64,000 bases of DNA from an uncultured Candidatus Saccharibacteria bacterium (lineage in GTDB: Bacteria > Patescibacteriota > Minisyncoccia > Phycocordibacterales > JACOZG01): NCBI GenBank assembly GCA_964448295.1, contig CAYUVV010000002.1, positions 19,081 through 83,080 on the forward strand. The letters are read 5' to 3'. Below, one piece after another: positions 26,831-36,441 of this stretch. The position numbers and the translations under genes were made by a program. Every line of letters starts with the position of its first letter. Positions within the stretch are counted from its first letter, which is position 1. A model generated the notes under the pieces. That model was given only the letters and a program-made list of their open reading frames with translations. It made no database searches and was not told the DNA's origin.

Positions 26831-27994
26831 ATGCTTATAAAAAAATCAGAATTGGCTAAAGCTACGGAGGCTCTGCGCACTTGGATCACGATTGACACCA
26901 AGGCCGTGCGGCACAACTTTCGGCTGTTTCGGCGGTATTTGCCGGCGGGTGCGAAATTGATGCCGGTGGTTAAGTCCAATGCCTATGGGCACGGCTTGGT
27001 TCAGTTTTCACAATTGATGGAAAGTTTGGGGGCGGACTATTTGGGCGTCGATTCTATTACCGAGGCCAGGCGCCTGCGGCGAGAGGGAATTAAAATTCCG
27101 ATTTTGGTTTTGGGCTATACGCGTCCAGCCTGTTACGCCGAGGCCTTAGAGATTGGGGTTGATCTAACCGTTTCTTCTTTTGAATCTCTGCTTACCCTCA
27201 ACCGTTTTCTGGCTGGGCAACCGAATGGTCATCGTCTGCCAATTCACTTAAAAATTGATACCGGTATGCACCGCCAAGGTTTTGTGGCGGGGGAGTGGGG
27301 GAGATTGTTGCGTTTGTTGCCCAAACGCCATCCGGCCTTATTTGTTGCCGGCGTTTATTCTCATCTGGCCGCCTCCAATTCGGGCGAGCATCTGGCGGCG
27401 ACCCGTCGGCAGTTAACCAGTTTTCACTCGTTTCTCGACCGATTGGCGGCGGTTGACATTAAGCCGGCCCTGATTCATTGCCTAAGCACCGGTGGCGCTT
27501 TGGGTTATCGCGATCAGCGCTTCAACTTGTTTCGCGTTGGCCTCGGTTTGTATGGGGCTTGGGTTTCTCCCGAATGGCAGAAAAAGTTTGGCCAGTCTTT
27601 TCCCTTGCGGCCAGTATTAAGTTGGCAAACAATTGTGAGCGAGATCAAGACTGTGCCGGCGGGGGAGGCCGTGGGCTACGGATTTTTGGAAACCTTAAAT
27701 CGGCCGACCACTTTGGTAATTTGCCCCATCGGCTATTGGCACGGCTTTCCTTTACCCCTTTCCTTGCGCGGCGAAGTGGTGGTCGCCGGTCGTCGCGCCC
27801 GCGTTGTGGGTCGTGTGTCTATGGATATGATTGCGGTTGACGCCACCGATTTGCCCCGCCGGCCGCGCGTGGGGTCTACTGTTACTCTGATCGGCCCGGA
27901 GTTGCGGGCTGAAGAATTCGCCCGCTGGTCGGGGACCCATCCACACGAAGTGCTCACTCGTATCAACCCCCTAATTAAAAAGTTTTATCTCTGA
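26831..27994 (+). CDS. alr: Alanine racemase
   Basis: PLP-Lys motif VVKSNAYGHG. C-terminal beta-domain conserved. Confidence 0.9.
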   Translation: MLIKKSELAKATEALRTWITIDTKAVRHNFRLFRRYLPAGAKLMPVVKSNAYGHGLVQFSQLMESLGADYLGVDSITEARRLRREGIKIPILVLGYTRPACYAEALEIGVDLTVSSFESLLTLNRFLAGQPNGHRLPIHLKIDTGMHRQGFVAGEWGRLLRLLPKRHPALFVAGVYSHLAASNSGEHLAATRRQLTSFHSFLDRLAAVDIKPALIHCLSTGGALGYRDQRFNLFRVGLGLYGAWVSPEWQKKFGQSFPLRPVLSWQTIVSEIKTVPAGEAVGYGFLETLNRPTTLVICPIGYWHGFPLPLSLRGEVVVAGRRARVVGRVSMDMIAVDATDLPRRPRVGSTVTLIGPELRAEEFARWSGTHPHEVLTRINPLIKKFYL

Positions 27995-28049
27995 AAACAA
28001 AACCACCCGCCGGTGGCGGGTGGTTTTGGAAACAGTTTTTCTGGCGTTA

Positions 28050-28322
28050 TTACTTAACCGCGTCCTTAAGGGCTTTCGCCGCGCGGAATTTAGGCGCGCG
28101 CGTGGCCGGCACCTGAATCGTCTCTCCCGTTTTGGGGTTGCGGGCCGTGCGGGCCGCTCGATCCTTGACGGAAAAGATGCCCAAACCAGCAATCGAAACC
28201 TCTTCACCCTTGCGTAATGAGGCAACAATGGAATCAATGACCGTGTCTACCGCTTGCTCGGCGGAAACCTTCGTCCCGCCGATTTTCTCATAAACCGCGT
28301 CTACAATTGATGCTTTATTCAT
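28050..28322 (-). CDS. hup: DNA-binding protein HU
   Basis: GLGIFSVKDRAARTARNPKTGETIQVPA (HU arm). Confidence 0.9.
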   Translation of the reverse strand: MNKASIVDAVYEKIGGTKVSAEQAVDTVIDSIVASLRKGEEVSIAGLGIFSVKDRAARTARNPKTGETIQVPATRAPKFRAAKALKDAVK

Positions 28323-28422
28323 AATTTTCTCAATATTAATTGCGACCGAAATTAAACGCTGGCTAGATTATAACGTTAGGGCGTTTGCAAATCAATGTTT
28401 TTCAACATTGACCATTTCTATT

Positions 28423-29952
28423 TTATTTTGCGTATTCTACAACGCGGGATTCACGAATTACCACGACTTTAATCTCCCCCGGGTACTTGAGTTCGCTCTC
28501 AATCCGTTTGGCGATCTCGCGGGCTAATCTTCTGGCTTCGAGATCGCCCACTTTTTGCGGCTCGACGAAAACGCGGATTTCACGCCCGGCTTGAATCGCG
28601 TAAACCTTTTCAATTCCCGGGAAATTACTCGCTAGTCCTTCCAATTCTTTCAACCGGTTTAGATAATTTTCCGCCGAATCGCGGCGGGCGCCCGGACGCC
28701 CGCCAGAAATCGCGTCGGCGGTTTGCACAATAATGGATTCAAGCGTTTCATACGGATATTCTTCGTGGTGGGATTGCATCGCTTTGATGATTTCCTCCGC
28801 CACACCAAATTTTTTCAAGATCCGTCGCCCGATTTCCACATGGGTGCCAGGCACTTCGTGATCTACCGCTTTGCCGATGTCGTGGAGCAGGCCGCCGGCG
28901 CGGGCCACAACGGCGTTCGCCCCTAACTCCTCCGCGAGCATCCCCGCAAAATTGGCGACCTCCACTGAATGTTGCAAAACGTTTTGGCCGTAGCTCGTGC
29001 GGAAATGTAGGCGCCCGAGAATGATAATAATCCGTGGGTCCAGATTAAAAACACTTGCCTCATAAGCGGCTTGTTCCCCGCGCTCTTTGATGACGCGCGA
29101 AACGTCCTCCTTAACGCGAGCAACCGTCTCTTCAATTTTTGTTGGGTGGACGCGGCCGTCGGCGATGAGTTCCTCCAGAGCGCGGCGGGCGATTTCTCGC
29201 CGCACGGGATCGAAAGAGGAAATAACGATTGAACCGGGGGTGTCGTCAATTACCACCTCGACCCCGGTTTCTTTTTCGAGCGCGCGAATATTCCGACCCT
29301 CTTTACCGATGATTTTGCCTTTTAAATCATCGGAGGGAATAGAGACGATGGTGGCGGTAAGCGCTTGGGTGGTCGGGCTGGCTAGACGCTGGATGGTGGC
29401 GGTTAAGATCGAGCGGGCGCGGCTCTCTAGTTTTTCTTGGTTATTTTGTTCGAATTTTCGCAGGCGTTCGGCAAAACTTTCTTCTTCCTCGGTGAGCAGG
29501 CGGCGCATTAATTCCTCACGGGCCGCGGCTGTGGAGAGTTGGGCGACGCGTTCTAATTCCGCGGTTTGCTTCTTTTCTTTTTCTTCTAAGTGCGCGCGGG
29601 TCTTTTCTATTTCTTTCAGTTGATTTTTAAGATTTTCCAGCTCTTGATCGAGGTCAAGCTGGCGCCGGTCAAGCAGTTCGTCTTTTTTCAACAAACGATC
29701 CTCGCGTTTTTTCAAAAGTTGCTCTGTTTCTTTTTCTTTGTGTTTGATTTCCTTGAGAATCGTTTCGGACTGAGCTTCGGCCCGATCAACTATTTTCTGG
29801 GCCTGATCTTTGGCCTCGAGGATTGTTTGTTTGACCGTCAGTTCGATTGACCCCTTTTGCCCGAGGGTGATAAGCCAACGGAGAAAATAGCCGAGCAGAG
29901 CGCCAAAAACCAAGGCGCCGCCGCCGACGAACAAGAGAGTGAGCAGGTCCAC
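28423..29952 (-). CDS. rny: Ribonuclease Y (TM anchor, coiled coil, KH and HD domains)
   Basis: KH GKIIGKEGRNI. HD LLHDIGKA. Confidence 0.9.
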   Translation of the reverse strand: MDLLTLLFVGGGALVFGALLGYFLRWLITLGQKGSIELTVKQTILEAKDQAQKIVDRAEAQSETILKEIKHKEKETEQLLKKREDRLLKKDELLDRRQLDLDQELENLKNQLKEIEKTRAHLEEKEKKQTAELERVAQLSTAAAREELMRRLLTEEEESFAERLRKFEQNNQEKLESRARSILTATIQRLASPTTQALTATIVSIPSDDLKGKIIGKEGRNIRALEKETGVEVVIDDTPGSIVISSFDPVRREIARRALEELIADGRVHPTKIEETVARVKEDVSRVIKERGEQAAYEASVFNLDPRIIIILGRLHFRTSYGQNVLQHSVEVANFAGMLAEELGANAVVARAGGLLHDIGKAVDHEVPGTHVEIGRRILKKFGVAEEIIKAMQSHHEEYPYETLESIIVQTADAISGGRPGARRDSAENYLNRLKELEGLASNFPGIEKVYAIQAGREIRVFVEPQKVGDLEARRLAREIAKRIESELKYPGEIKVVVIRESRVVEYAK

Positions 29953-29955
29953 GGT

Positions 29956-30537
29956 TTAGCGCTGTGGGGTGATGATGGAATCGATGAGGCCGTATTTAAC
30001 CGCTTCGTCGGCTGTCATAAAGTAATCGCGGTCAGAGTCCTTCTCTACTTCCTCGGCGGATCGCCCGGTGTGTTTGGCAAGAATGCCATTTAACCGCTGT
30101 TTCAGCCGCAGAATATATTTGGCGTTACGCTCGATATCTGATGCCTGGCCTTGAAAGCCAGCGCTCACCTGGTGGATCATCACGTCAGCGTTGGGGAGTG
30201 CTAGGCGCTTGCCTTTGGCGCCGGCGGCGAGCAAAACCGAACCCATCGAAGCGGCCATACCAACGCAAATGGTCTTAATATCCGGTTTGATGTGCTGCAT
30301 TGTGTCGTAAATGGCGAGCCCTGACGTAACCGAGCCACCCGGAGAATTGATGTAGAGATTGATGTCTTTTTTGGCGTCTTCCGATTCCAAGAATAATAAT
30401 TGGGCGATGACGATGTTGGCGAGATTGTCTTCAATCGGCCCGCCCAAGAAAACGATACGCTCTTTAAGCAAACGGGAATAAATATCGTAGGCGCGTTCGC
30501 CGAATGGAGATTTTTCTATAACCGTCGGGATGAGCAT
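29956..30537 (-). CDS. clpP: ATP-dependent Clp protease proteolytic subunit
   Basis: [11 protein letters not shown] (Ser) and MIHQ (His) catalytic motifs. Confidence 0.9.
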   Translation of the reverse strand: MLIPTVIEKSPFGERAYDIYSRLLKERIVFLGGPIEDNLANIVIAQLLFLESEDAKKDINLYINSPGGSVTSGLAIYDTMQHIKPDIKTICVGMAASMGSVLLAAGAKGKRLALPNADVMIHQVSAGFQGQASDIERNAKYILRLKQRLNGILAKHTGRSAEEVEKDSDRDYFMTADEAVKYGLIDSIITPQR

Positions 30538-30552
30538 ACGAGCTTATGCTAC

Positions 30553-30582
30553 TTGACGACCACCTGTCTGTCAAATACTATC
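30553..30582 (+). promoter_or_regulatory. Sigma70-like promoter (TTGACG-N17-TACTAT) reading toward the 30608 ORF, divergent from clpP
   Basis: Seen directly in sequence. Followed by the strong ribosome-binding site AAAGGAGGTG, 7 nt before the ATG. Confidence 0.5.
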
Positions 30583-30607
30583 TTTTTCAGAAAGGAGGTG
30601 GCGCGAG

Positions 30608-30985
30608 ATGGGCTTTTTGCTCATAGCGAGTTTGCGGCCTGAGGACCGTGCGCACCATGAACAATTTATGTCTCTTTTGGTGCGCAATCCTCGACGTCGT
30701 TGGTACCGATTTGATCCGCCGGTAGAATTGACTCCGATTGAGTACTTTCTCCGGTACGACGATCTCTACCGACGCAGTCAGGTGATTGAGGTTAGCCGGG
30801 CCCGGTTTCTCCGCTACCGTAATCTTGGGATGTTCCAAGATGCCTTGTTCCAGGTTGATGCGCCCGTTTCTAGAAACGGGCGAACGAGAAACGGTCAGGG
30901 TGAAGGGCCGTTCACAGTTTCTATATTATTTCATCGAGGATTTTCTCTTGTTCATCCTAACATCATCCGCTTCACCGAAAGATAA
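30608..30985 (+). CDS. Hypothetical highly basic (Arg/aromatic-rich) 125-aa protein
   Basis: Near-consensus promoter plus ribosome-binding site upstream. No recognisable family. Local GC is lower than the surroundings. Confidence 0.4.
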   Translation: MGFLLIASLRPEDRAHHEQFMSLLVRNPRRRWYRFDPPVELTPIEYFLRYDDLYRRSQVIEVSRARFLRYRNLGMFQDALFQVDAPVSRNGRTRNGQGEGPFTVSILFHRGFSLVHPNIIRFTER

Positions 30986-31020
30986 GCCCCGCACGTGCCG
31001 TTAGGCGTGGCGGGGCTGAT
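30986..31020 (-). terminator. Rho-independent terminator of tig (minus strand)
   Basis: GCCCCGC-N17-GCGGGGC hairpin followed by a U-rich tract on the minus strand. Confidence 0.55.
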
Positions 31021-31081
31021 TTTATTTGAGGTTCGACGCGCTACGTACTCGGCGGTTTTTCTTTGTGGGTTTTTACTTTCT

Positions 31082-31915
31082 TTATTTCTGCCCCGTGAGA
31101 AATTCCCAAACGAGGTTATTGGTGAGAGCGTGGCGAACGTAACTGCGGACGACAGCGCGCTCGGCTTTGGGATGTTCGGCGAGAATGGCGGTAACGTCCG
31201 CTTCCACTTTGTCGGCGCTGGGCTCCAGCTTCTCCGCGCGGGCAATTTTTTCAAAAATTAAATTGATTTTAATCCTTTGTTCGGCGACGGTGCGCCAATC
31301 GGCACGCAAGCCCTCTATGGTTTTACCGGCGGTTTTTAATTCTTCTTCCAACTTTTTTCCTTCGGCGGCGGCCTTGGCCTCCAGCTCGCGAATCATTTGC
31401 TCGAGTTCGGCGTTAATGAGGATCGCCGGTAAAACAAGCGACGTCTTGTCGACGAGTTCCTCCGCGATTTTTGTTCGACGTTTTTCTGCCCCGCCGTTTT
31501 CCGTTGTCGGTTGGACGTTGCGAGCGATGGCTTGATAGTCCGGTAACTCAAACGGCGGCACGATCGCCGTCGTTAGCGTGAAGACGAGCGGGTTGCCGCG
31601 GGCGATTTTGGTAATGCTCACGTCGGGTCGTCCCAGCGCGTCAATTTTTTCTTGCGAGATGATCGTCGGATAGATGGCACCAATCGTCGCTTTGGCTGTT
31701 TCCCACAACACCGCGTCTTCGCCAAGCTCGCGCACGACAACGGCTTCGGGCGCTTGCCCGGGTCGGAAGCCGTCGAAATTGTGTTTAGTGGCAAGGGTTT
31801 GAATGGCGGCTGGTCGTTTGGCGTCGAAGTACCCGCTCTCAACTTCCACCGTCAAAGCCACCGTCGCTTCGGGCCGGTTTTGCCGGTCAATAATTTTGAA
31901 AGTGGGGGCAGGCAA
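31082..31915 (-). CDS. tig: Trigger factor, short form (ribosome-binding and chaperone arms, apparently without the PPIase domain)
   Basis: Ribosome-binding signature FDGFRPGQAP. 277 aa versus about 430 aa for canonical trigger factor. The tig-clpP synteny is classical. Confidence 0.8.
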   Translation of the reverse strand: MPAPTFKIIDRQNRPEATVALTVEVESGYFDAKRPAAIQTLATKHNFDGFRPGQAPEAVVVRELGEDAVLWETAKATIGAIYPTIISQEKIDALGRPDVSITKIARGNPLVFTLTTAIVPPFELPDYQAIARNVQPTTENGGAEKRRTKIAEELVDKTSLVLPAILINAELEQMIRELEAKAAAEGKKLEEELKTAGKTIEGLRADWRTVAEQRIKINLIFEKIARAEKLEPSADKVEADVTAILAEHPKAERAVVRSYVRHALTNNLVWEFLTGQK

Positions 31916-31923
31916 AATAAGAT

Positions 31924-32220
31924 CTAAAATTTGCCGAGCTCGCTCTCCAGATCGTTTAGGTCGGTATCGAGACTGCCGAGGTCGGTGGCGTTCAATTCAG
32001 ATTCGATTGTTTGCAGGTCGTTAGGGTTGGAAGAAGTGGCGGGTGAGACGGAGGTCGTGCCATCGGCCGGCAAACTGTTTTCTGCTGGTGTGGCGTTTGC
32101 CCCCCCATCAACTTTGACAGCGTTTTTGTTCCAGATGAAATAGATGGCGCCTAAAACGAGAATGATGACGACGATAATCGTGCCAATCACGGGACCGCGG
32201 CTATTGGTGTTGTTATCCAT
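31924..32220 (-). CDS. Small membrane protein
   Basis: ORF track. TM segment VIGTIIVVIILVLGAIYFIW. Confidence 0.4.
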   Translation of the reverse strand: MDNNTNSRGPVIGTIIVVIILVLGAIYFIWNKNAVKVDGGANATPAENSLPADGTTSVSPATSSNPNDLQTIESELNATDLGSLDTDLNDLESELGKF

Positions 32221-32229
32221 AAAATTTTT

Positions 32230-32823
32230 TTAATTTTGATTAATTGCTGTTTTAATCGCCACTAAGAGATCGCGCAGAGCATTGTGGGCCGCTTGCAAGG
32301 CCTGTTTGGCGTCTTCCAGTGCGGCGCGAAGCGGCGCGAAGGGTTGGGGAGTTTTGGCTTCTAAATTGTCGGCAATTGTTTGTTGCAGGTTTTCTCTCTC
32401 GCCCTGGAAACGGTCTAGGGATTCTTTGGCGGCGGCCAACTTGCTTTTAGCGACAGCAAGTGCGTCTCTCACCTCCGACAGATCGGTTGTTGGCTGTTCT
32501 GTGACCAGCTGTTCGATTCGACTTTCAGCTCGTGCTAAAAGATTGGTCAAACGCTCACGCGCGGCGTTTAAGCGCCGCGCCGCCAGCTCCAAGAAATTTC
32601 CGGTTCTCTCGTGCCATAAACCGCGCAGTTGGCCGCGGGCCGTATTGGCGGCCTCGCGCCGCTCTCCGAGCCGTTTGGTGGCCGTGGGTGAAATCGGTCT
32701 AGCCCGCAAGCCGCTTTCCGGAGTTGCGTTGCGATCGGGTGTGTTGGTCGTCTGTGCTTGAACCAAACTGCTAACGCCGAAGGTTAAAATTATAAAAGTC
32801 GGAGCTAAAAATTTTCGCTTCAT
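32230..32823 (-). CDS. Secreted coiled-coil protein
   Basis: Signal peptide MKRKFLAPTFIILTFGVSSLVQA. Helical heptad-like remainder. Confidence 0.45.
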   Translation of the reverse strand: MKRKFLAPTFIILTFGVSSLVQAQTTNTPDRNATPESGLRARPISPTATKRLGERREAANTARGQLRGLWHERTGNFLELAARRLNAARERLTNLLARAESRIEQLVTEQPTTDLSEVRDALAVAKSKLAAAKESLDRFQGERENLQQTIADNLEAKTPQPFAPLRAALEDAKQALQAAHNALRDLLVAIKTAINQN

Positions 32824-32827
32824 TTTA

Positions 32828-33370
32828 TTATTCTGCTATGCGCTTATTTTTTATAAATTTCTGCTGATAATTGGCTATCCCCCGCGCGAACGCTTGGCGA
32901 GCGGCCGCCGCCGGCTCGAAGCCGCTCACCGCCACCTCTTTGTTTTGCAGTTTTTTGTAGGTGCTGTAAAAGTGGGTCATCTCTTTTAGAGTGTGCGAAT
33001 TGAGGTGGGGGAGATCGCGGACTTCGTCCCAGCGCGGATCGCTTGTTGGCACCGCCACAATTTTATCATCTGGTTCTCCGCCATCAATCATTTTTAATAG
33101 AGCGACTGGCCGCGTCCTGACCAAGATGCCGGGAAGCAAGGGATAAGTGGTGAGGACCACCACGTCGAGCGCGTCGCCGTCGTCCCATAAGGTTTGCGGC
33201 ACAAAGCCGTAATCGTAGGGGAAAACCTGCGCGGTGTGCGCCGCCCGATCGAGCGTGATGAGACCGGTGGCCTTATCAATTTCGTACTTATTGCTAGAGC
33301 CGCGGGGAATCTCGATAATGACGTTCATCTCGTTTTCCGTGCCGGCGGCGATGTCGTGCCAAAGATTCAT
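32828..33370 (-). CDS. ppa: Inorganic pyrophosphatase
   Basis: DGDALDVVVL and family-I PPase motifs. Confidence 0.9.
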   Translation of the reverse strand: MNLWHDIAAGTENEMNVIIEIPRGSSNKYEIDKATGLITLDRAAHTAQVFPYDYGFVPQTLWDDGDALDVVVLTTYPLLPGILVRTRPVALLKMIDGGEPDDKIVAVPTSDPRWDEVRDLPHLNSHTLKEMTHFYSTYKKLQNKEVAVSGFEPAAAARQAFARGIANYQQKFIKNKRIAE

Positions 33371-33374
33371 AATT

Positions 33375-34490
33375 TTATTCTACCACAGGCGGGTTTTCCG
33401 GCGTGACGATGTCTATTTTCCAGCCTGTTAAGCGTGCCGCTAAACGGACGTTTTGGCCGCCCTTACCCACCGCGACAGAAAATTGATCGGCTGGCACCTC
33501 CACTCGCGCTCGACCCGACGCTTCGTCGAGTGTAATGGAGCTGATTTTGGCTGGCGCCAGAGCGTGCTCGATAAAAGTCAACTGGTTTTCGTTCCATTCA
33601 ATAATATCGATCTTTTCGCCGCCGAGCTCGCTCGTAACCGTATTGACCCGCACACCTCGTTGCCCGACGCAGGCGCCAACCGGATCAATGTTTTTATCTG
33701 TTGCGACGACGGCAATTTTGGTGCGCGATCCGGCTTCGCGGGCGATGGCGCGGATTTCCACTGTGCCGTGGGCGACCTCCGGCGCCTCAACGGCAAATAG
33801 TTGTTTTACAAATTGAGGGTGAGCGCGAGATAGGCGGAGGTTGATTGCCCGCGGTGTTTCTTCCACCTTAAACAAGTAGGCCTTGACCCGTTCGCCTTGG
33901 CGATAATGTTCTCCGGGAATCTGCTCTTCATAGGGTAAGAGGGCGGTGGCTCGGCCGAGGTCAACAAAGACGTTGCCCCGTTCAATTTTTTGTACTTTGC
34001 CGTGAACAATTTCTCCCTCGCGACCGGAGTATTCGTTGAGGATTGATCCCTTTTCGGCCTCGCGGAGACGTTGAATGATGACCTGTTTGGCGGTTTGGGC
34101 GGCAATGCGACCGTAATCTTCCTTGGTTTCCAGCGGAAAAACGAGCTCGTCGCCTGTCTTGACGTCGTTTTTGATTTTACGAGCGTCTTCCAGTTTAATG
34201 TGTTGTTCTTCGTTAAAATGAGGGAGGGTGTTTTCTTCCGATTCCGTTTCGCTTTTTTCCTGATCAAACTGGACGTTGGTTTCGTCTACCACCAGTTTAA
34301 CTTGCTCAAAACGAGTGCCCCCTGTTTCCAGATCAAAATGCGCCCGCACCAGCTGGCTTTTTTTACCATAATCTTTCTTATAAGCGGCCACGAGGGCGTC
34401 CTCAATGGCGCCAATCACTTTTTCCGGCGGTAGTCCGCGCTCTTCTTCCAATTGCTCTAAGGACGAGCGCAGAACCTTCAAGTCCATCAT
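33375..34490 (-). CDS. nusA: Transcription termination/antitermination factor NusA (N-terminal, S1 and two KH domains; no C-terminal acidic repeats)
   Basis: MMDLKVLRSSLEQLEEERGLPPEKVIGAIEDAL is a typical NusA N-terminus. KH GQNVRLAARLTGWKIDIV. Confidence 0.9.
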   Translation of the reverse strand: MMDLKVLRSSLEQLEEERGLPPEKVIGAIEDALVAAYKKDYGKKSQLVRAHFDLETGGTRFEQVKLVVDETNVQFDQEKSETESEENTLPHFNEEQHIKLEDARKIKNDVKTGDELVFPLETKEDYGRIAAQTAKQVIIQRLREAEKGSILNEYSGREGEIVHGKVQKIERGNVFVDLGRATALLPYEEQIPGEHYRQGERVKAYLFKVEETPRAINLRLSRAHPQFVKQLFAVEAPEVAHGTVEIRAIAREAGSRTKIAVVATDKNIDPVGACVGQRGVRVNTVTSELGGEKIDIIEWNENQLTFIEHALAPAKISSITLDEASGRARVEVPADQFSVAVGKGGQNVRLAARLTGWKIDIVTPENPPVVE

Positions 34491-34593
34491 AAAACGAACA
34501 AAATTTAGTAAGAATGTTAATTAAAACTTGGTTGCCAGTATATTACTTTTATATCATTAGTCAACTTATCCCCGTTTAGGCCGCGGTTGAGGC

Positions 34594-36441
34594 GTGGCCG
34601 TTTGTTATAATTATTATCAAATCAAAGTGATAATTATGATTCACACACAATCGGCGAAATTTAAATTATCAATGGTCGTTTTAATATTTGCTCTCGCACT
34701 GTGGTTTGGCAGCGTGGGTACTGGGTGGGCGGCGTGGGCGCGGCCGGTGAGCTCGCCCACCGCTTGCGTCAACGGCGATCAGGGTTGCGATCCGCCGATC
34801 AACATATCGAACGCGGCCCAAACGAAGCAGGGCTCACTTGGTATCTCCAACGTGCTGGCTGTTTTTAATGCCGCTTATGCCAAGCAGTTGGCCACTGGCT
34901 CTGGGTTTTTTGACGGTTCGGCGACACTCGATCCTAACGTTGCTCTTCACGTTGACGGCAATTTGCGTTTGAAATTTGGCAGTCCGCAGGCTGGGGATGT
35001 GTTGGTTGCGGCCGAGACTGATGGCACGCTCGGCTGGGAAGATATTAATGACGAAATGCTATGGACGCGCGCCACGGCGGACACGAACGACATTGATATT
35101 TACAACACCGCCGGCGGGGCCGTTGGCGTTCGCACCGGCAATATTGCGTTAAATGACGGCTTGACGGTGAGGGGGGCGCTGGTCCGGTATGACGCTACTG
35201 CGAGCACTTTAACCGGCAACATCGAGACCCACGTTAATTTGGGTAACAACAGTACTACCGGCAACTCTACCAGCGGTTTGTATCCAACAGTCGGCGGCGG
35301 GGACAACAATACGGCGAGCGGGGATTACTCGACGGTGGGCGGCGGCCAGTCCAATTTCGCTACCGGTAATTACTCTTTTATTGGTGGCGGGAGCAACAGC
35401 GCTCATGGTGATTACGACACGGTGGTTGGCGGGGTGGCCAGTGGGGCTGTTTTGCCGACGGTGAGCGGTAGCGTTGGTGGCTACAATTTTCTCGGCGGTG
35501 GCGATAATCTTGATGCTTTTGGCCAGTACAACGTTATACTGGGTGGATTAGACAACAAGATCGGTCAAGATGTTAATAACCGAGCCGATTTTTCCGTCGT
35601 TGGCGGTGGCTCTGGCACCAACACTGTGTATAGCGATTATGGTTCGATATTGGGTGGTAGCAACAACGTGTTAAGCGCTTCGGCGGATTATTCGGTCGTC
35701 GGCGGCGGTTTTAGCAATCAAACTGAATCTCCTCACTCAATAATCCCGGGCGGTGAAAATAACGGAATTGGTTTGGCTAGTCCCTATAGTTTTGTCGGCG
35801 GTAAGGATGCCAACATCGTTGACAACGCTCCCGGAGCGTTCGTGTGGGGCGGCGCGGGCGGGGCGACGGTGGCGACGTCGAATTCATTTGTGATTCATCC
35901 CAACGCCGGGCCGACGGAGGGCTATGTGGGTATTGGTACTGCCGCGCCCACCGCCAAGCTTGATGTGAACGGCAATGTGCGGATTCGGGGCTCGACCGCT
36001 AAACCGCCAGCAGCCGGTTATGTTTTAACGGCGGCTTCAGACAACGGTGATGCCTATTGGGAATCGCCAACAGCGCCGGTTGGGGCTAAGCCGGGGGAAG
36101 GGATTATCACTGTTCGCAATTACTGTTCCGGCACTCCCTTAATCGGCGGCTGTGATGTTGCTTATCAAATCCCTAGTTGCCCGTCAGGTTGGATGGCAAG
36201 CGCGGTGATGTATGAAAAATATGGTTCTCAATACAACCGTGTGGTAACTTGCCACACCGACGCCAATGTCCAAGTGATGACACTGGTTGGTCTAAACAAC
36301 GGCTCTAATCCGGCGCCCAGTTGCCCATCCGCTGATTGGACGGCATGGCCGTCAAGCGGCGTTTGGACTCCCGCTTCTGGTAGTGGCGCGGTGCCTACCG
36401 GCCTTAATCAGGCGCGTCATTGCTACAAGCTAAATACTTAA
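34594..36441 (+). CDS. Secreted adhesin-like protein with Hep_Hag/YadA-head-type repeats (N-x-A-x-G-x-x-S-x-V-G-G), conserved N-terminal Cys motif and C-terminal Cys-rich domain
   Basis: Signal peptide (likely start at Met15, MIHTQ...). N-terminal TACVNGDQGCDPPINISNAAQTKQGSLGIS. Repeats such as NTASGDYSTVGGGQSNFATGNYSFIGGGSNSAHGDY. Overlaps the next gene by 22 nt. Confidence 0.7.
   Translation: MAVCYNYYQIKVIIMIHTQSAKFKLSMVVLIFALALWFGSVGTGWAAWARPVSSPTACVNGDQGCDPPINISNAAQTKQGSLGISNVLAVFNAAYAKQLATGSGFFDGSATLDPNVALHVDGNLRLKFGSPQAGDVLVAAETDGTLGWEDINDEMLWTRATADTNDIDIYNTAGGAVGVRTGNIALNDGLTVRGALVRYDATASTLTGNIETHVNLGNNSTTGNSTSGLYPTVGGGDNNTASGDYSTVGGGQSNFATGNYSFIGGGSNSAHGDYDTVVGGVASGAVLPTVSGSVGGYNFLGGGDNLDAFGQYNVILGGLDNKIGQDVNNRADFSVVGGGSGTNTVYSDYGSILGGSNNVLSASADYSVVGGGFSNQTESPHSIIPGGENNGIGLASPYSFVGGKDANIVDNAPGAFVWGGAGGATVATSNSFVIHPNAGPTEGYVGIGTAAPTAKLDVNGNVRIRGSTAKPPAAGYVLTAASDNGDAYWESPTAPVGAKPGEGIITVRNYCSGTPLIGGCDVAYQIPSCPSGWMASAVMYEKYGSQYNRVVTCHTDANVQVMTLVGLNNGSNPAPSCPSADWTAWPSSGVWTPASGSGAVPTGLNQARHCYKLNT

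Noticed and set aside
30587-30838. Minus-strand 83-aa ORF in the clpP-tig intergenic region
   Set aside because: No ribosome-binding site or promoter. The plus-strand ORF there has near-consensus signals. Weakly rejected.
30538-30990. Possible structured ncRNA (tmRNA, RNase P or SRP) in the 450-bp clpP-tig spacer
   Set aside because: I could not find the hallmark motifs by eye on either strand (tmRNA tRNA-like end with tag ORF, RNase P P4 GGAAAGUCCGG…, SRP domain IV). The terminator hairpin at 30986-31020 explains part of the spacer. Needs a covariance-model scan.
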